Program-made: the position numbers and the translations under genes
NCBI GenBank assembly: GCA_000934665.2
Contig: KZ538635.1
Location: forward strand, 1 to 57,947
Source of the DNA: Catajapyx aquilonaris
Taxonomy: Eukaryota
Length of the DNA stretch: 57,947 nucleotides
Direction: 5' to 3'
Part shown: positions 32,201 through 45,820 of the stretch, one piece after another
Position numbering within the stretch: position 1 is the stretch's first letter
Layout of the letters: each line of letters opens with the position of its first letter
Notes under the pieces: generated by a model
What the model was told of the DNA's origin: nothing
Seen by the model: only the letters and a program-made list of their open reading frames with translations
The model's database searches: none

Positions 32201-35200
32201 CGCAACATTGTTTTAAATTGTTAATTTTTAGTTTAAAATTTAAGATTATTGAGCTGATCCCAGCACTATACCTTTTGTAAACACAAAATTTTTGCCGATT
32301 CCGCTCTATGCATAGTAAGCATTATGCAAACTTTCCCACATCACATTTTCGCAGCATTCTGGCGAATTAACGATGCGTTTCCAAATCCGAAAAGTCAACA
32401 TTTAATCCGCGAGGCTGTGTAGGTGAAACGATCACTACCAATATAACTGCAGAGTTAACATTTACCTCCCACAAAAATAACCAATGGGATACATAGCACT
32501 AGCTGAATTTTCTTCTTTGTGTACGTGTGTGTTTATATGTAACATAACACCTTTAGAACATTTTTTGGTCCAAATCCATACAATAATCAGGGGGTTTTAA
32601 CCCGATTCAGTAGTTCTCAAACCCTGACATATTGGATTCGATCCGTGCTAAAATGAGACGATTTGTACACACATAAACTGGGCGACTCATTCGCTTCCTA
32701 TATTGATCTTGCATCGCAATTAAGGTTGCTGCAGTAGTAGGGATGCAGTGTCGAAGTTGAATCAAATAGAAAACCAATTTAACCTTAGCGAGGTGCCATT
32801 CGGCCTGATTGTGATTCCTGAGTGGGGAGGATTGGAAACAAGGGAGCAATGCAGTGAAGCAATGGTCGCTTGGGATCAAGGAGAATTAGTAGTCCCTGAG
32901 ATAATTGCAGGCACGTGTCATGTTTTAGAAGAAGGTGAAGCTGAAGGAGAGGATGGAAGCAGAATCTTTGACCTTTATTGCAGTATTGAAATTGGAGATT
33001 ATTTTGCTTGGAAAGACACCCTCAGCCTTCAGTCTTTTCAATGAAATATTTGCTTAGAACGTCAAGATGTTTATTTGTTTAAAAAATAACGTTGATTTTT
33101 ACATTTTAAAAAATCACAATGATCAGACACTGTAAACTATACATAAATCCCAAACGCAATATTGGGATGAGTCATGCTGGGTTTGAGTCAGGATTTTGTA
33201 GCACATGTCACACCCTGTTCATCTCAGGGTTTTAAAATTTTTAGATTGAGTTGTCAGCCTGTCGTGGGGCACGTTAAATTGAGGCTTCATTTTCACATGT
33301 GTGTGCACTGTATAAGCATATGAAAGTCACGTAAATTATCAGAGATGTTCCATGCCACTTACCTGCCACTTACGTCCCAAAAAACACGTTTGAGGTGTGT
33401 CGGTTTGGCAGGTTTTGGCGTACATTTTGAGTCGAAGTGACATGTATGACACAACTTTAAATTTAGATACTTCCTCTCAGCTGAAGTAGCCAACTAAAAA
33501 TGACATCACTATTTTTGCATTTTCCCATCTAAATTAGAAGTATGCCAGACCCTTTATTGGGAGCAGTGGTATGCCACTTACAATTTCATCAAAACTATAA
33601 GTTCAAAGCAATAATAAAGCAAACTTTTCGGTTCCATTAAATGCCACAGAGGATATTGGCGATATTACTAGGATTTCATAAGGTGGATATTTCCTCTCGG
33701 AGTTCGGATCAGGCATGTTGGGGCAACATTCCAGAGTTGTAAATTGGATGTGACTGATATAATCGTTTTGGGTCGAGGGGACGTGATCGAGGCTAAATCC
33801 CTCACAATCCTCACCACCAATAACAACGATTCAATAAACCACCAGTTTTGTCAAGTTTTTTTTTTTGTGTGTGTGTCCAAGCCTGATAGTGTTGCCCTAG
33901 ATAAGCTTACTCTACTGTATTTTTCTACCATTATTTTTTTGCCTACGTATAGCTTGGAGGCTGCAATGCGAGTTCACAGATACAGGGTTTTAGAGGAGAA
34001 AAAACTCTGGGGAATCCAGGTGGTATTTATTTTCTAACCTCAGAGACACTCAGAGAACCAAATCATTAAAATCCCTCAGGTCAGTAGGTTTCAAAGTGTC
34101 GGCTTACTTTTGCCAAAAAGAACTTTGTATAAAGCCTATATTTAGCTTGTAAATTGCAAAAAAATGTAGGGGATCAAAATCTTTGATGCTTCTTCTTCCT
34201 AATAACGCGAGGCAGCTAAATTCATCGCTTCTCAATAGTGGAATATGTGCCTTACACGTCCCTTGAGTATCGTTACGCCGGATTAATTTTTCAAACGTAC
34301 CATGTACAGACTTTGAAGTCATTATTAAGCCTAAAAGGAACTTCTCAGCATATTGCAGTTCACTGCTTATGATATAGCCTTCATATATGTTGAATTACTT
34401 TTATATGATGCCGCACCGATTTCTCATTAGTAACTCTGCACTAGGAAGATCAAGCATGATTTCCATGTTTTTGGCCATAATTTTGGCTCCAATTTTGTGC
34501 CTAATAATCTCCATATGTAGGCCGACATGTCCCTGCATTTAGCAGACTAATCAGTGTTCACCGCAATCTACTAATAGTACTAATCCGCTTATGTAGTGTA
34601 GGCACAATTTGCGTAGTTTATGTTAGCAAAACAGAGTGTTTTGCTAGCCTCTGAGGTATACTTATGAGGCAAAATTAAGTTGTAAATCTACTGCAGACTA
34701 AATACTTAAATAAACTAATTAAGAATTAGAGTGATACCACTACATATGTAAACATTACTCACATCCGCATGCACTGGCAAACCGGCTAAGAACATGACTC
34801 AATTTAATATTTCAAACGGTAATATTAATATTCGTTTCCAGTATTTATTTTGCAAACCAACTCTTTTAATGCCCACACTTGTACTGTACCTTGGGATTAC
34901 ACATGGAAAAAACCAGCTCATTTTCCATTTTTGCATTGCACTGTCGTCACCTCTCGAGGGAAGTACATAATCAGAATAAACCGGACTAAGCTCGAGTTAA
35001 ATTCTCCCAAAGTAACATTCCCGAGATTATCTTGACGATTTAGGTAGCAATTCAGTCTGTAACCGACCTCATGGAAATAAACTTGGGGCCTCCTCATTTG
35101 TAGAGGCCCGAGTACCGTTGTTAGCTGGGTGTAATTTTCCCTGGGAGATACTCAGCAGCATCTTGAAGCCTCGCATTTCCTAGAGGGCATGATTTATCGT

Positions 35201-38200
35201 CAGTATATATGTGGTTGGAAGAGACCCCTCAAAATCAAGTTTTGGTTTAGGTCCGTAAATTTCCATTATGTATCTCGAATCATGGCGTGGTGGGATGGGC
35301 ATGTCCTCTTATGAATTTGGCATCTCCCAGAATAATAATTCTCTTCTGGGAATTAAGAAGCAGAGTGGATTTGTGGACTGGAATAATGATGACAGTGAAC
35401 TACTGGTGATATATGATATGGATTGAAGTTAATGATAGACTAAAGTTCAGCCCTACCTTGAACTCTCTTTTTTTAACTTTAAAAGAATGGGTGATGTGAA
35501 TCTAAATTTCTGAACCGTCTTCGTGCCTTGGAGTCGATATCGGCGAACAACTGTAAACCGCAGCGAATTCTGTAGGCTCTGAGGCAATCGGTTCAGACTC
35601 GGAAATGAAGAGGACGCACATCTTTCCCACCTCTTTTCTTCATTTGTTCTCGGAAATACCTGCCGGAGATATATAAGGCGGAGTAAAGTTACCTAACTTT
35701 CCACGAGTGATTCCCCATGGTGGCTTGTTTCAAAGTTACGATACAGAAATTTGGGTGGGCGTATACGAGAACTGTGGAAAGTTTTAGTTTGTTAGGTAAT
35801 TTAAGATGTATAGTTGCGGTTGAGGGGCATGATTATTATATTTTCTAAGTACGTTTTAAGCCTGGGTTATATTAATTGGAAGCTTCGCTGATAATATGGC
35901 TGCTGTGATAACTAATTCAAGCACGGATTGTAATCATGCAGTCAAATGTGGTGGGACAACAAACTAATTGCGGACAATCTGTAGAGCGCCCAAGTTAATT
36001 TTATTATGGCAAATTATCATAGCAAAAGACCGCCGGTAATAACAACTGGGGGGCTCGACAATCCCCCAAAAAATTAATGAGCACTGCTGTACATTCCTTC
36101 TCGTTAAAAATGGTGTGCGTTCCTGCAGGCTTTTAATTTATTGAAACATAATTCGTACTTTGGTTACATGCAGGATATATTTTGATTAAAGAAATTATTA
36201 TTATAATTATTTATTTTTCTGTACCCCTGGGGAATCATACAGCACATGCCTGGCATAGCAAACAATAACATCGCAGCTATGAAATAATAAAATAAAACCA
36301 ACGTCGCCTGCAACTAAAACGCAGCAAATACCTCACCAAAAAACAGGGAATAATAGCACACACCGAAAATATGTAATATAATTAACCTCTTTTCTCCCTC
36401 CGCGTATATAAATGAAACTCGGATCTATGCCGAGAGAGAGAGCCCAGCCCAACTCATATTTACATTAATATGCCCCCTAGAAACCTGCTTCACTAGGCGA
36501 ACACACATGCTCTACATCACGCTACACCGCCCAAGAAACTCAAACATTAATGGCTGCTCCTCAGCAGATCGAACTTCTTTACCCGAAATTTTTCATGAGA
36601 CCCTCTGAAGGCATAAGGACCCTCGATTTTGTTGAATATTCCTATACATTGTAACCCTCTGTTTCAATGCACATAATGTTGATCAGTTGTTCAATGGCAG
36701 TAGGTAAACAAATGGCATTTCCGAGCCTTCCTTTGTCAGCCTGGGACTCCTGCTGGCTGACTCTGTAATCTGTGGGTGACAATCCCGGACGCTGTGACGC
36801 ATTAGTGTGGTGTTAATTGCGTTGCTTGCTTACTTTTGACGGCGGCCGATGGTCAACTTGACCAAAAAAAGGGACAAAGGTGCACTCATGTGTAGGACAA
36901 GGGTGTAATTAGCGATTGAGGATGAATAGCAGTTGCTAATTTTTGGAGAAAAAAAACTATGTAATATAATGTATATTAATATCGTAGTGGGTTATCCTTC
37001 TGGTTGGTCCGCCGCATTACCGCGACGCTTCCGATTGGCTCTGTTCCGCGCATGCGCAATGGGCGGGAGACAGCGCCTCTGGTGGGTGAGGGCGGGAACT
37101 ATCCATTCTTTCACTAACTGTCGGAGGGTCTACGTTAAGCGAGAGGTTTTTCTAGTAATATATTAGTTAATATTAGCAAACTGTTTCATCAGGCTTGTCA
37201 GGCAATGAGCCGACCTTATTAATTATATGCAGACCGTCTCTTTAGTGCCCATAAACAACACCGTAACCTCTCCTTTGTGCTGATTGACGACCCTCATTGT
37301 CATCTCCAATATTCCAGCAGCCTATGCCTTGAAGCGACGCATATATTGACCCCTCTCAGTGAAAACATGTCTATTTCTCAACATCACTCTCCGGAGAAGG
37401 GCTTCCGCCCTTCCGGCCATGATGTCGTCTCTGAAGTTCAATGCGGCGTACTTTAGGGAGAGAGGTAAAGGCAACTAATGAACCGAGGGACCGGTAGCAT
37501 CGGGACAGAACAATCCCAGGGAAAGAGTCCGTCTAGTTATCTCCGGGCCATCATCTCCCAAAATGCTATGGAACAATACCCTTAGCAAGTTGCGTGCCCC
37601 TCCATTATTAGCCTTATCTGCCAATGGATTTTCGGAGAAGTGTTAGGCACTCTAGGGAAGCAGATGAATTTCGGGGAGTCATTGTCGCGAAATATGAGGC
37701 GTTAGGGAATGGCATTGTTTGGGGCTCGTTGCTGGGAAAGTGTGTCGGATTGTTTGGTTGGAAGTTGAGGGGGAATTGCAGCGAAATTAGTTTTCAGGGA
37801 AATAGTGCAGATGAAATGTGAGGTGATGTCGAAATGAAGTTGCTGGGATTGTATGGAGCATATGGAGCTTGCATGCAATGCGCAATGGTAATGAGGATGG
37901 ACACTTGCTTAATGTTACATCCCAGTACATTTGGAGTACATACTGTAACTACATATCCTAACTTCTCAAAAAATAGGCATGTCCAAAATATTGCGACCTC
38001 AGTGGTTCAGCCATACTTGGTAGGGTTTCATAAGAGCATTTCTTTGGTACAGTGCGGTACAAAAGAAATGCTCTTCTGAAGCCCTACCGGGTGTCTGGAG
38101 TGGAGGGGGAGAGGTTGCCTAATCCATTTTTTGAGAAGTTATGCTGTGGGTACTGTATGTTCAATTAGTTTTCCGTTACATTGGAAACGAAATGGGGCAG

Positions 38201-39216
38201 TTTATACGTTTTAAAACAGCCGTACTTTTGTAGTTTGAAAAGAAACATACAATTTTACCGTATGCAAGAGTGAGCTACAGTGTTGTATTCTCCCGGGACT
38301 AGAGCTCGTTGTTTGATGCAAATTACATTAACTAGACTGGACACAATTACGGTGTACCATCAAGATATCTAATTTCAAATCAATCAATCACAATCAACCA
38401 AGATGCAAGGCGGAATAATGAGGATATTGGCACTTCAGCCGATACCAACATTTAAACTTGGTTATATATGCCCATTTGCAGAAGCTCCATATTTACGCGC
38501 AGTTTAAAATGGAAGTTATGAGTAAATATGATAATCATATTATGAAACCAGTTGTGCCAATGGATTTCTGATGACATGTTGATTTATGGCTGTTTGATTC
38601 GGTAATGGATCAGCACAAAATAATCTCCAGACCACGTTAACCATATTGAGCCAGTGGAATGACAGTGGTAATGATTGGTATGCGAGACCGGACTTGATTG
38701 AATATGCATCGCTGGATTTAATTAGAATCAGATCTGGCATAAAACTGACCAATAAAATCGACTCAACTAGATTGTCCATGGCTTATAAGCACCCCCCAAC
38801 AAAGAGGTTCATTTAATAGTTCTGGTGTCTTTTTGCTCATTGTCATCACTATTGAAAATGCGAATATTGTCATGTGACGTCCTGACATGTTCGGGGGGTT
38901 TCAAAAAGGACACGTTGTCAGGTGTGTTGGAAGACACGCTGTCAGGTAGACAATCTATCACGCATGTTCGAAAATAGACTCGGGTAGGGCAATCAAGAGT
39001 TAGGCCTACGTTAAATCAAACTGTCGGGTTATCAGTCTCCGGAAATCTTAGCAGGATTTGTCATGCATCTAAATGTCGCCTGACAAGCTTGAAAAGGAGC
39101 CATGCAGCCATGTGAAGAGATATCCACGCTAAGTGACAACCGTGCCAGGACATGTCAAGAGTCGCTATGCCATGATGTCAGGAATCTTGCCAACAAGCCT
39201 AAAACTAGGTCCTGTG

Positions 39217-39440
39217 CAATGCTGAACATTAATCGCGTCGTACTGCTAGCGACATTTTTCGATGCGGCAGACGTGCAAATCGAGGAGTTCGAGCCGTGCG
39301 AATAAGAAGAGGTAGGCCTTGGGTGACGTCACCCAAGGCCTACCATTCCTGACTCGCATGGCTGTATCACTTCGATTTGCACGTCTGCCTTGGCATCGGA
39401 AAATGTCGCTAGCTTATGACGCGATTAATGTCGAACACTG
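39217..39440. mobile_element. Palindromic MITE family A, copy 2
   Basis: acattaatcgcgtc...gacgcgattaatgtcgaacactg|TA with a central perfect palindrome. Confidence 0.85.
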
Positions 39441-40052
39441 TACCGGTGGCGCCAAGAGCCGATGGTGGTAAAAGAGCACTGTACACATTGTTTTAAATAA
39501 CCTGCATAAGTCTACTCACAACCATTGTTAAATTAATTACGCGTAGTAACCAACCAAAATTGAAGTTCCTGGTTCCAGTACTTGCCCTCTAACTAACCGC
39601 TCGATACACTGGCATATTCCATAACCTCGGTGGGCGTGGACTCTTTCTGTGCTAAAAAAGTGCAAACATTTCCAGGCCATAATGAAGTTACGCCATGATG
39701 GGCTGCAGATCACAAGGAGTGTCACAATATGGCGTGTCCCAACTCGAGGCCACACCTGATCTGAACAAAAAAAAAAAAAAGATGGCAGCTCCTCAGGGGT
39801 GGGGTACGCTTTACAAAATGGTTGCTGGTGACACGAAACGGGTTATCGGTGACGCTGTCCCTGGACTGAATTATGCAAATTACTCGCCGGCAGCACTTGG
39901 GAGATGTGGAGCCCCGTGATGGAGTTTAGGACCGGAGGTTTTTGGGGGAGAAGAAGTGCGGGCTTGGTTGAGGAAGGGCTATCAAACCTGTTCCATATTC
40001 AGCATGTCGATCGTACATTTTTGTGTAAGGGAGGCGGGGGGGGGGGGGGGGG

Positions 40053-40085
40053 NNNNNNNNNNNNNNNNNNNNNNNNNNNNNNNNN
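40053..40085. other. Assembly gap (33 N) flanked by poly-G
   Basis: Direct reading. Confidence 0.99.
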
Positions 40086-43000
40086 GGGGGGGGAGGTGAA
40101 AAATGGGGGGCTATTTTTTGGTGAAGGGGGAGTAAAGATTTTGGGATTGCGGATTTGGGCAATTGATGGTGATAGGCGTGAATAGAGTGCAGTCATAGAT
40201 ACAGAGGGTGTTGAATTTTTAAAGTGTTTATCATGGCGTGGTGAAGGAGTGAAGGATTGCAATACTGATAAAATATTGTGCACTTTACAGTTCAAGAGGG
40301 GATAGGACAATAATAATCTTTCTATTTGAAGGGGATTTGAGAAATGCACGGCCCTTTAATTAGGAGTGTTGTGAATTAAAGCACAGTCACAGACTTGACT
40401 GAATGCATTTGAAAGGACGTTTGAATAATGCAGTGTTTGTGAAAATATAAGGAACAGTAGGCATTGTCCTACTCTTAGTCTCATTAGTATTACCTCGTAA
40501 TAGGTCATTATTTTTATGACAATATGTTTCAAAGGATTTATGCGCGATATTGTGCTGTAGCAAGGCTGTCGTGGGGTTTGGAGAATCCCCTCAAATTTAA
40601 AACTGAATTTTGGTTTTATACCTCTACACGTTTAAACCTACATGTTTCCATTGTAATGTATGCTAAGATAATAAAATAGATTTCATTATTGTGTCATCAT
40701 TAGCATATTTTGCAATGCACTGTTGTTATAGCCAACGTCCACATGAGCTCGAATTGTATTAGAAAATACTTCTAATGCTAACGTACAAAGTATCAGTACA
40801 GTAATTGAAGATGTTTTAATGCGAAGGTCACGAGTCACGACTAACACATTCTCCAATTAATCGAAATGTTCGTTGGTTAATATTTTAATATGAAAATACT
40901 CGTTTCAAGAAAGAGGCAAAGAAGTGGACCAAAAACTAGCAACTTTAACACGTTTATTATTTGCAAAATATGCTGATAGAAGAGCCAGGTGACTGCTGGG
41001 TGATCACATTTGAAGTGCGAGATAGAATATTGAGTGGAAAGGGTGGCAACGAACTGCTTCTATCTTCTTAGCATAAAATGCGATTTCTGCCTCTTGTCAA
41101 GGTGAGAATGGCGGACTTGGAAGATTTCCATTCTCACCGATTCAATAGGATCCCATTCTATAACAGTTCCTCTTAAACAGATTTAAAATTTTGTGTATGA
41201 CCCCATATTAATATCACAAATGTTACAAATTGTCAGTCAATATGATATCAACAACCATCTGTGCATATCAAGCGCCTTTCCCTAAAAAGTCTAATCGCTT
41301 TATCAGCCCTGTTTGATGCTCGATTAATATCCTATTACTCACATTGACGTTCAGTTTCTAATCTGGATGAAAAGACCAAAAAGCGATAACAAACGCCACT
41401 CCAGATAATGAAATGCGGATCGTGCCAAATTCAGAAGACGCATACCCTCTAAGTAATAAATGAGATGCAACGCCTATGTCAAATTTATTTCCGTCCATAT
41501 ATCTCCAAAAGGGTTCTCTGCCTGCAGGCATTCGCAATTCTCCTCTGGGGGGATTTAATTCTAATTCCCTTTTGGTATGGCCATGCCTTGCTGCCTCCCA
41601 TCTCCAACAAAAGAGGCTGTCGGTTCTGTTCATAATACAAGAGCGACGGATGATGATATTCCAAATGGTTTCCTAATTCAAAGGCAGGCAAACAGGGCTG
41701 GTGAGCTTTACGTCTAGAAACCGTGCTGAGTGGAGGAGGGCAGGGAATTCCTTTGTGTTGCGAGCACAAACAAACGTGCAGTCATTTTGTGTCATTGCAA
41801 TTCGCCAATTCCCATCAAAAATGTTGGTTTCTGCAACCTCTCAAGTTACGGTGGGAGGAAAGTCTGATCGGGAGGGTTTTTCGTCAAGTTTCTTTTTAAT
41901 AGTGACGGATAAGAAGTTGAGTGCGATCTAAGATGAGGAGGATTAGTGAGAGAGTGGAAGTCAGCCAGGCGTATGGTATGTTGACAAAAATCGGCTTATT
42001 TTTACTTGAATGTCGCCTTAGGATTCTGTAGCTTCTCGAATGGCTTCTGGGAAAGTTTTTTTCACTCCTAAGATCTTCTTTCAAACAAAAAAGCTATGGA
42101 AGGGTTACAGTGCGATATTGAAGAAACTTGAGAGAAGGGATTTAGGCTCTATTCCTTGCGGCTCCTGCAGCGTGATGTTGAGCTTTATTCCGTAAGTATA
42201 GTGTGTTGCAACTTGTATGATTGTTTGAACCACGTCAATGGATTTCTTGAGGGTAAGCTTTAGATCTTCTTTAGACACTTTTGAAGTAACGAGGTGTAGA
42301 AATTATCAGCTATATTTACTGATACTGACAAGCGTTTTCAAGAATTAAGCTTTAAATTTCATGGCATTAACTGTGATGGACACTACTAATGTCATTACAA
42401 CAAAATCGCAACATGGAGGCTATTACTTAAGAGTTAGCTACGAGAGTTATAATTCCTGGCCTTTAAATTCGCATACTGAACATGCACAGTCGAGTAGGAG
42501 TAGTATAAAATTCATATCGAATTATGAGCGGCTTAAATGATGTAACAAAGCATAAAATTATTTCAATAATCTACACTGCCCTGTTATAACTCAAGTGTAC
42601 TGCTCTCCACAATTTAGCCACCTGACATCATCAAAGATTAACTTTGAGCATTACCACACAATGTAATTTCCATTTAAAATGAATTACGACCCCAAATGCC
42701 ACCACGAATAATATATTTTACAGTCATCACCACGTACTAATTCTCCCACACAGAAGCCCATAGCTGGCACTAATTGTTTCAATTAAATATTCTTCCATCC
42801 GTTGCAAATTGCAGGTAATCAAGCTCTATGTGTGGTTGCGGGGAATTAAACATAATGACTGCAGAACTGCCAGGTTAATTGACGAAGAGGCCATTTTATA
42901 AGCCACGAACCCTAGAATACTTGGAAAGAGGGGGAAAAAAAGCAGGCTGTGATTGGCTGATATCCGCCAGCCCTGCATTACTGTGACGCCACCACCGGAT

Positions 43001-45776
43001 GACAGCACTGGGCCGCTTACACAGCAATACTCAAACCCATTCGAGTGGAGAGAATACATCACTCTGGTGACATCCAGAAACGTAGCGGACAGCACTAGAA
43101 GGGGCCAGAGAGGGATATAGGAAAAAGAAATAATGGCGCATAACGGCCTCCTCTTATCTGCAGAGCACAAAAGGCCCCTTTTTTTCTTTTCCGTCTCATA
43201 TCACCCCCAGACCCGGCTGAGATGTCATTACCGGTGTGCAAAACACCCCGAGCTGGAAAATTCTGCCACAGAAAAAAAAGTAGTGCAGAGAGAGAACATA
43301 GAACCGTAAAATAGCACTTCGCAAATTTCTCTCCCGCAGAGTGCAATATGCTGTTATATCCGAGCGACATACAAAGCCACCAAACTAACCCACCACCCTG
43401 CAGGAGCGATGAGCATTTCGGATATATCTGCTACTTTTCTCCGCGATTGCATAATGCGAGAATGGCTACTGTATATCACGGTTATGGAACATGGAGCAAG
43501 GTTTTGCTCATGAAAACCTCGGGTTTTGCGGATACTTACTGGAGAGGGTTGGGGTTTTTCGGAGAGCGTAATCGTGTGATTAACTGAGCTTGAAAATTTG
43601 GAGCGAATCAGTTTGGATAACGGAAGATGTGGTCACTGGGGAGATGATCGATAGATTCCTATAATGTATGTGTTTACAAACTGTAGAAATTAGACTACTA
43701 AAATATGAATAAGTCAATGTTTTCCGTTGGTTTCCAATTATGTTCTGCATAGATTGATGAAAAAAGTAATTATTAAATGTAATTAAAATTTAATAGACAC
43801 TATCGGTTGTATCTTACCTGCAATATATAGAAACCGCATAAAATTAAACCAATTCAGTACTGATAATAATTAACTCCCTTATTCCCACTGCAAGCATCGT
43901 ACAAGCCACTACCTGATTACATTCCCAAACCTGACCTGCAAATCCAGTGTCGAGGATAGGACTTCCCTAAATATATTCAGGGGACTCCTTTTTGGAGCTG
44001 AGCACGAGTTTTAGAGCAAGCGCTTAGCAGACTGGAAGCAAGGCCTGAGAGCTGATAGATTAGAGGTACAGTGGATGGGACCCGGAGGCTATGCGAATCC
44101 TTACAATCCCTCGTCGTGACTGCAATCGTAATTAAGGTGCCCTAGCTGGAAAATGGCCGCCTCCTGTGCTGCTCTGCTTTCGGGGGAGCTGGACACAATT
44201 CTCCGCCATTTCCACGGATATCCCTCAAGACATGCTGGGGCTGGACACGAGTGGCTCTCGTTAAGGAAAACGGACCTTTTCCTCCATTCATTAGTGGGCC
44301 CTAGGGAGGGAATCCCTTTGCTTCCAGGTTGTGCAAAGGGCTCTTTTGTTGTCTATGGGCCTTTTGTCTGACGGGATCAGGTGTTTGGCTGATCGGATGT
44401 GGTGATCAAAGTGAGTTGCGAAATGATTTGGACAAACTTCCATGGTGGACACAAGATGGCTTCCACAGTATAGGACTAATCAAATATAAAGAACCTTTTT
44501 CTGTAACAGTTATTTAATTGTTAAAATGAGCTGCTAAAATTGATTGAGGGTGCTTGTACCATTTCCTACACAAGTCGTGCTACAATGTGACATTGATGCA
44601 CCATCCAACAGCTAAATTGTTGTTATATGTATATTACACCTTGTAACTGACATGGATGGCAATTATCTGACGCGGCCTTTTCCTGGTGATACCTCAATTA
44701 TGTAACAATGTCAGGGATGCAGTGTAAAGGTGTCAGTCAAAAAAGTCAACGTGGTACTTCATGTTGTTTGCTCAACTGCAGCAGCAGCAGTCACTTTATC
44801 AATGAAGCAACAATTTCGACAGATTCTCTTTGTGTATTTGGATCCCCAGTGAGTACAATAGCTAAAATTGGACATAGTTTTAAACATTACAATAGGCGAA
44901 CACACTGTAGCAGTACCAGTAACGAGAGGTTTTGACTATGTGGCAGTACGCATTGGGCCAACTAATTTGAATCCGGATTAGCACTAGGGAGAGAGCTTAG
45001 GGCGCACGAGCTATAACAGAAAGTAAAACTGAGTTCAACCTCTGTGAGACAAAGTTGGGTTGAACGTTATACTGCACGAGTAATGAGAGCAAATACTGTG
45101 TTCAAATGGGACTGACGTCTCACTGGATCAAACCCATCAAGCATATTCCGCAATACGAATTAACCAACAATTAGAGCGAAAAAGCACTATTCCTGTGCAT
45201 TCAGTTCCATCCCAATAATGTTTTGTGGTTACGTGATTCAATGTACATTCCGCACAAAAAGCTGTAATTACTGGTTTTTCCGGCCACAGCATACTAGTGA
45301 GTGGGGTAGTGGTTCGCCTCAGACCAAAAAAAATCGCGAATTTTCAGCAATTAATTACACCCCAGCCTGAATCGAAACCTCTTTTTTGCACCGTTACTAC
45401 CTTTTTTGTAACCCACCCGAAGGTAGTTGAGCCCCCCCTGCTTTGTTCGGTAATCTAGGACAAGATCATTAATATTCGTTACGTCCTTTCTTCTATTACC
45501 AACGTTGGGTTCTGGCACTACTTTTTTTTTACCACCGTGTAATAAATCGAGCGTATCCTGACCGCATAGCGTTACTGCCTCACAGGTCTGATGCTTACGT
45601 TGCCTTATGCCCAGGATAAAAGTCAACGCCTCAGGCCATTCCTCAAACTTCTTGCATTTTATTATGCGGTTTGGGAGAAGAAAAAACAAAGGGATTTGTG
45701 GTAGAGCCAAAGCGGAGACTTTAATTAAATAATTTCCCGGAGGCGTCTCACTAATTGCTGTTTTCTTTTTCCGCAG

Positions 45777-45820
45777 CCCTGGAGCCTTCTGGATTTGGTG
45801 GATCTTCGTTGTAACGCAAG
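45777..45820 (+). other. Isolated candidate 44-nt internal exon
   Basis: Branch-point-like ctcactaat, pyrimidine tract ttttctttttccgcag|, donor AAG|gtacgt. Confidence 0.5.

Noticed and set aside
40036..40093. Poly-Gly/poly-Pro ORFs or a G-quadruplex
   Set aside because: They straddle an assembly gap, so the G-run lengths are unreliable.
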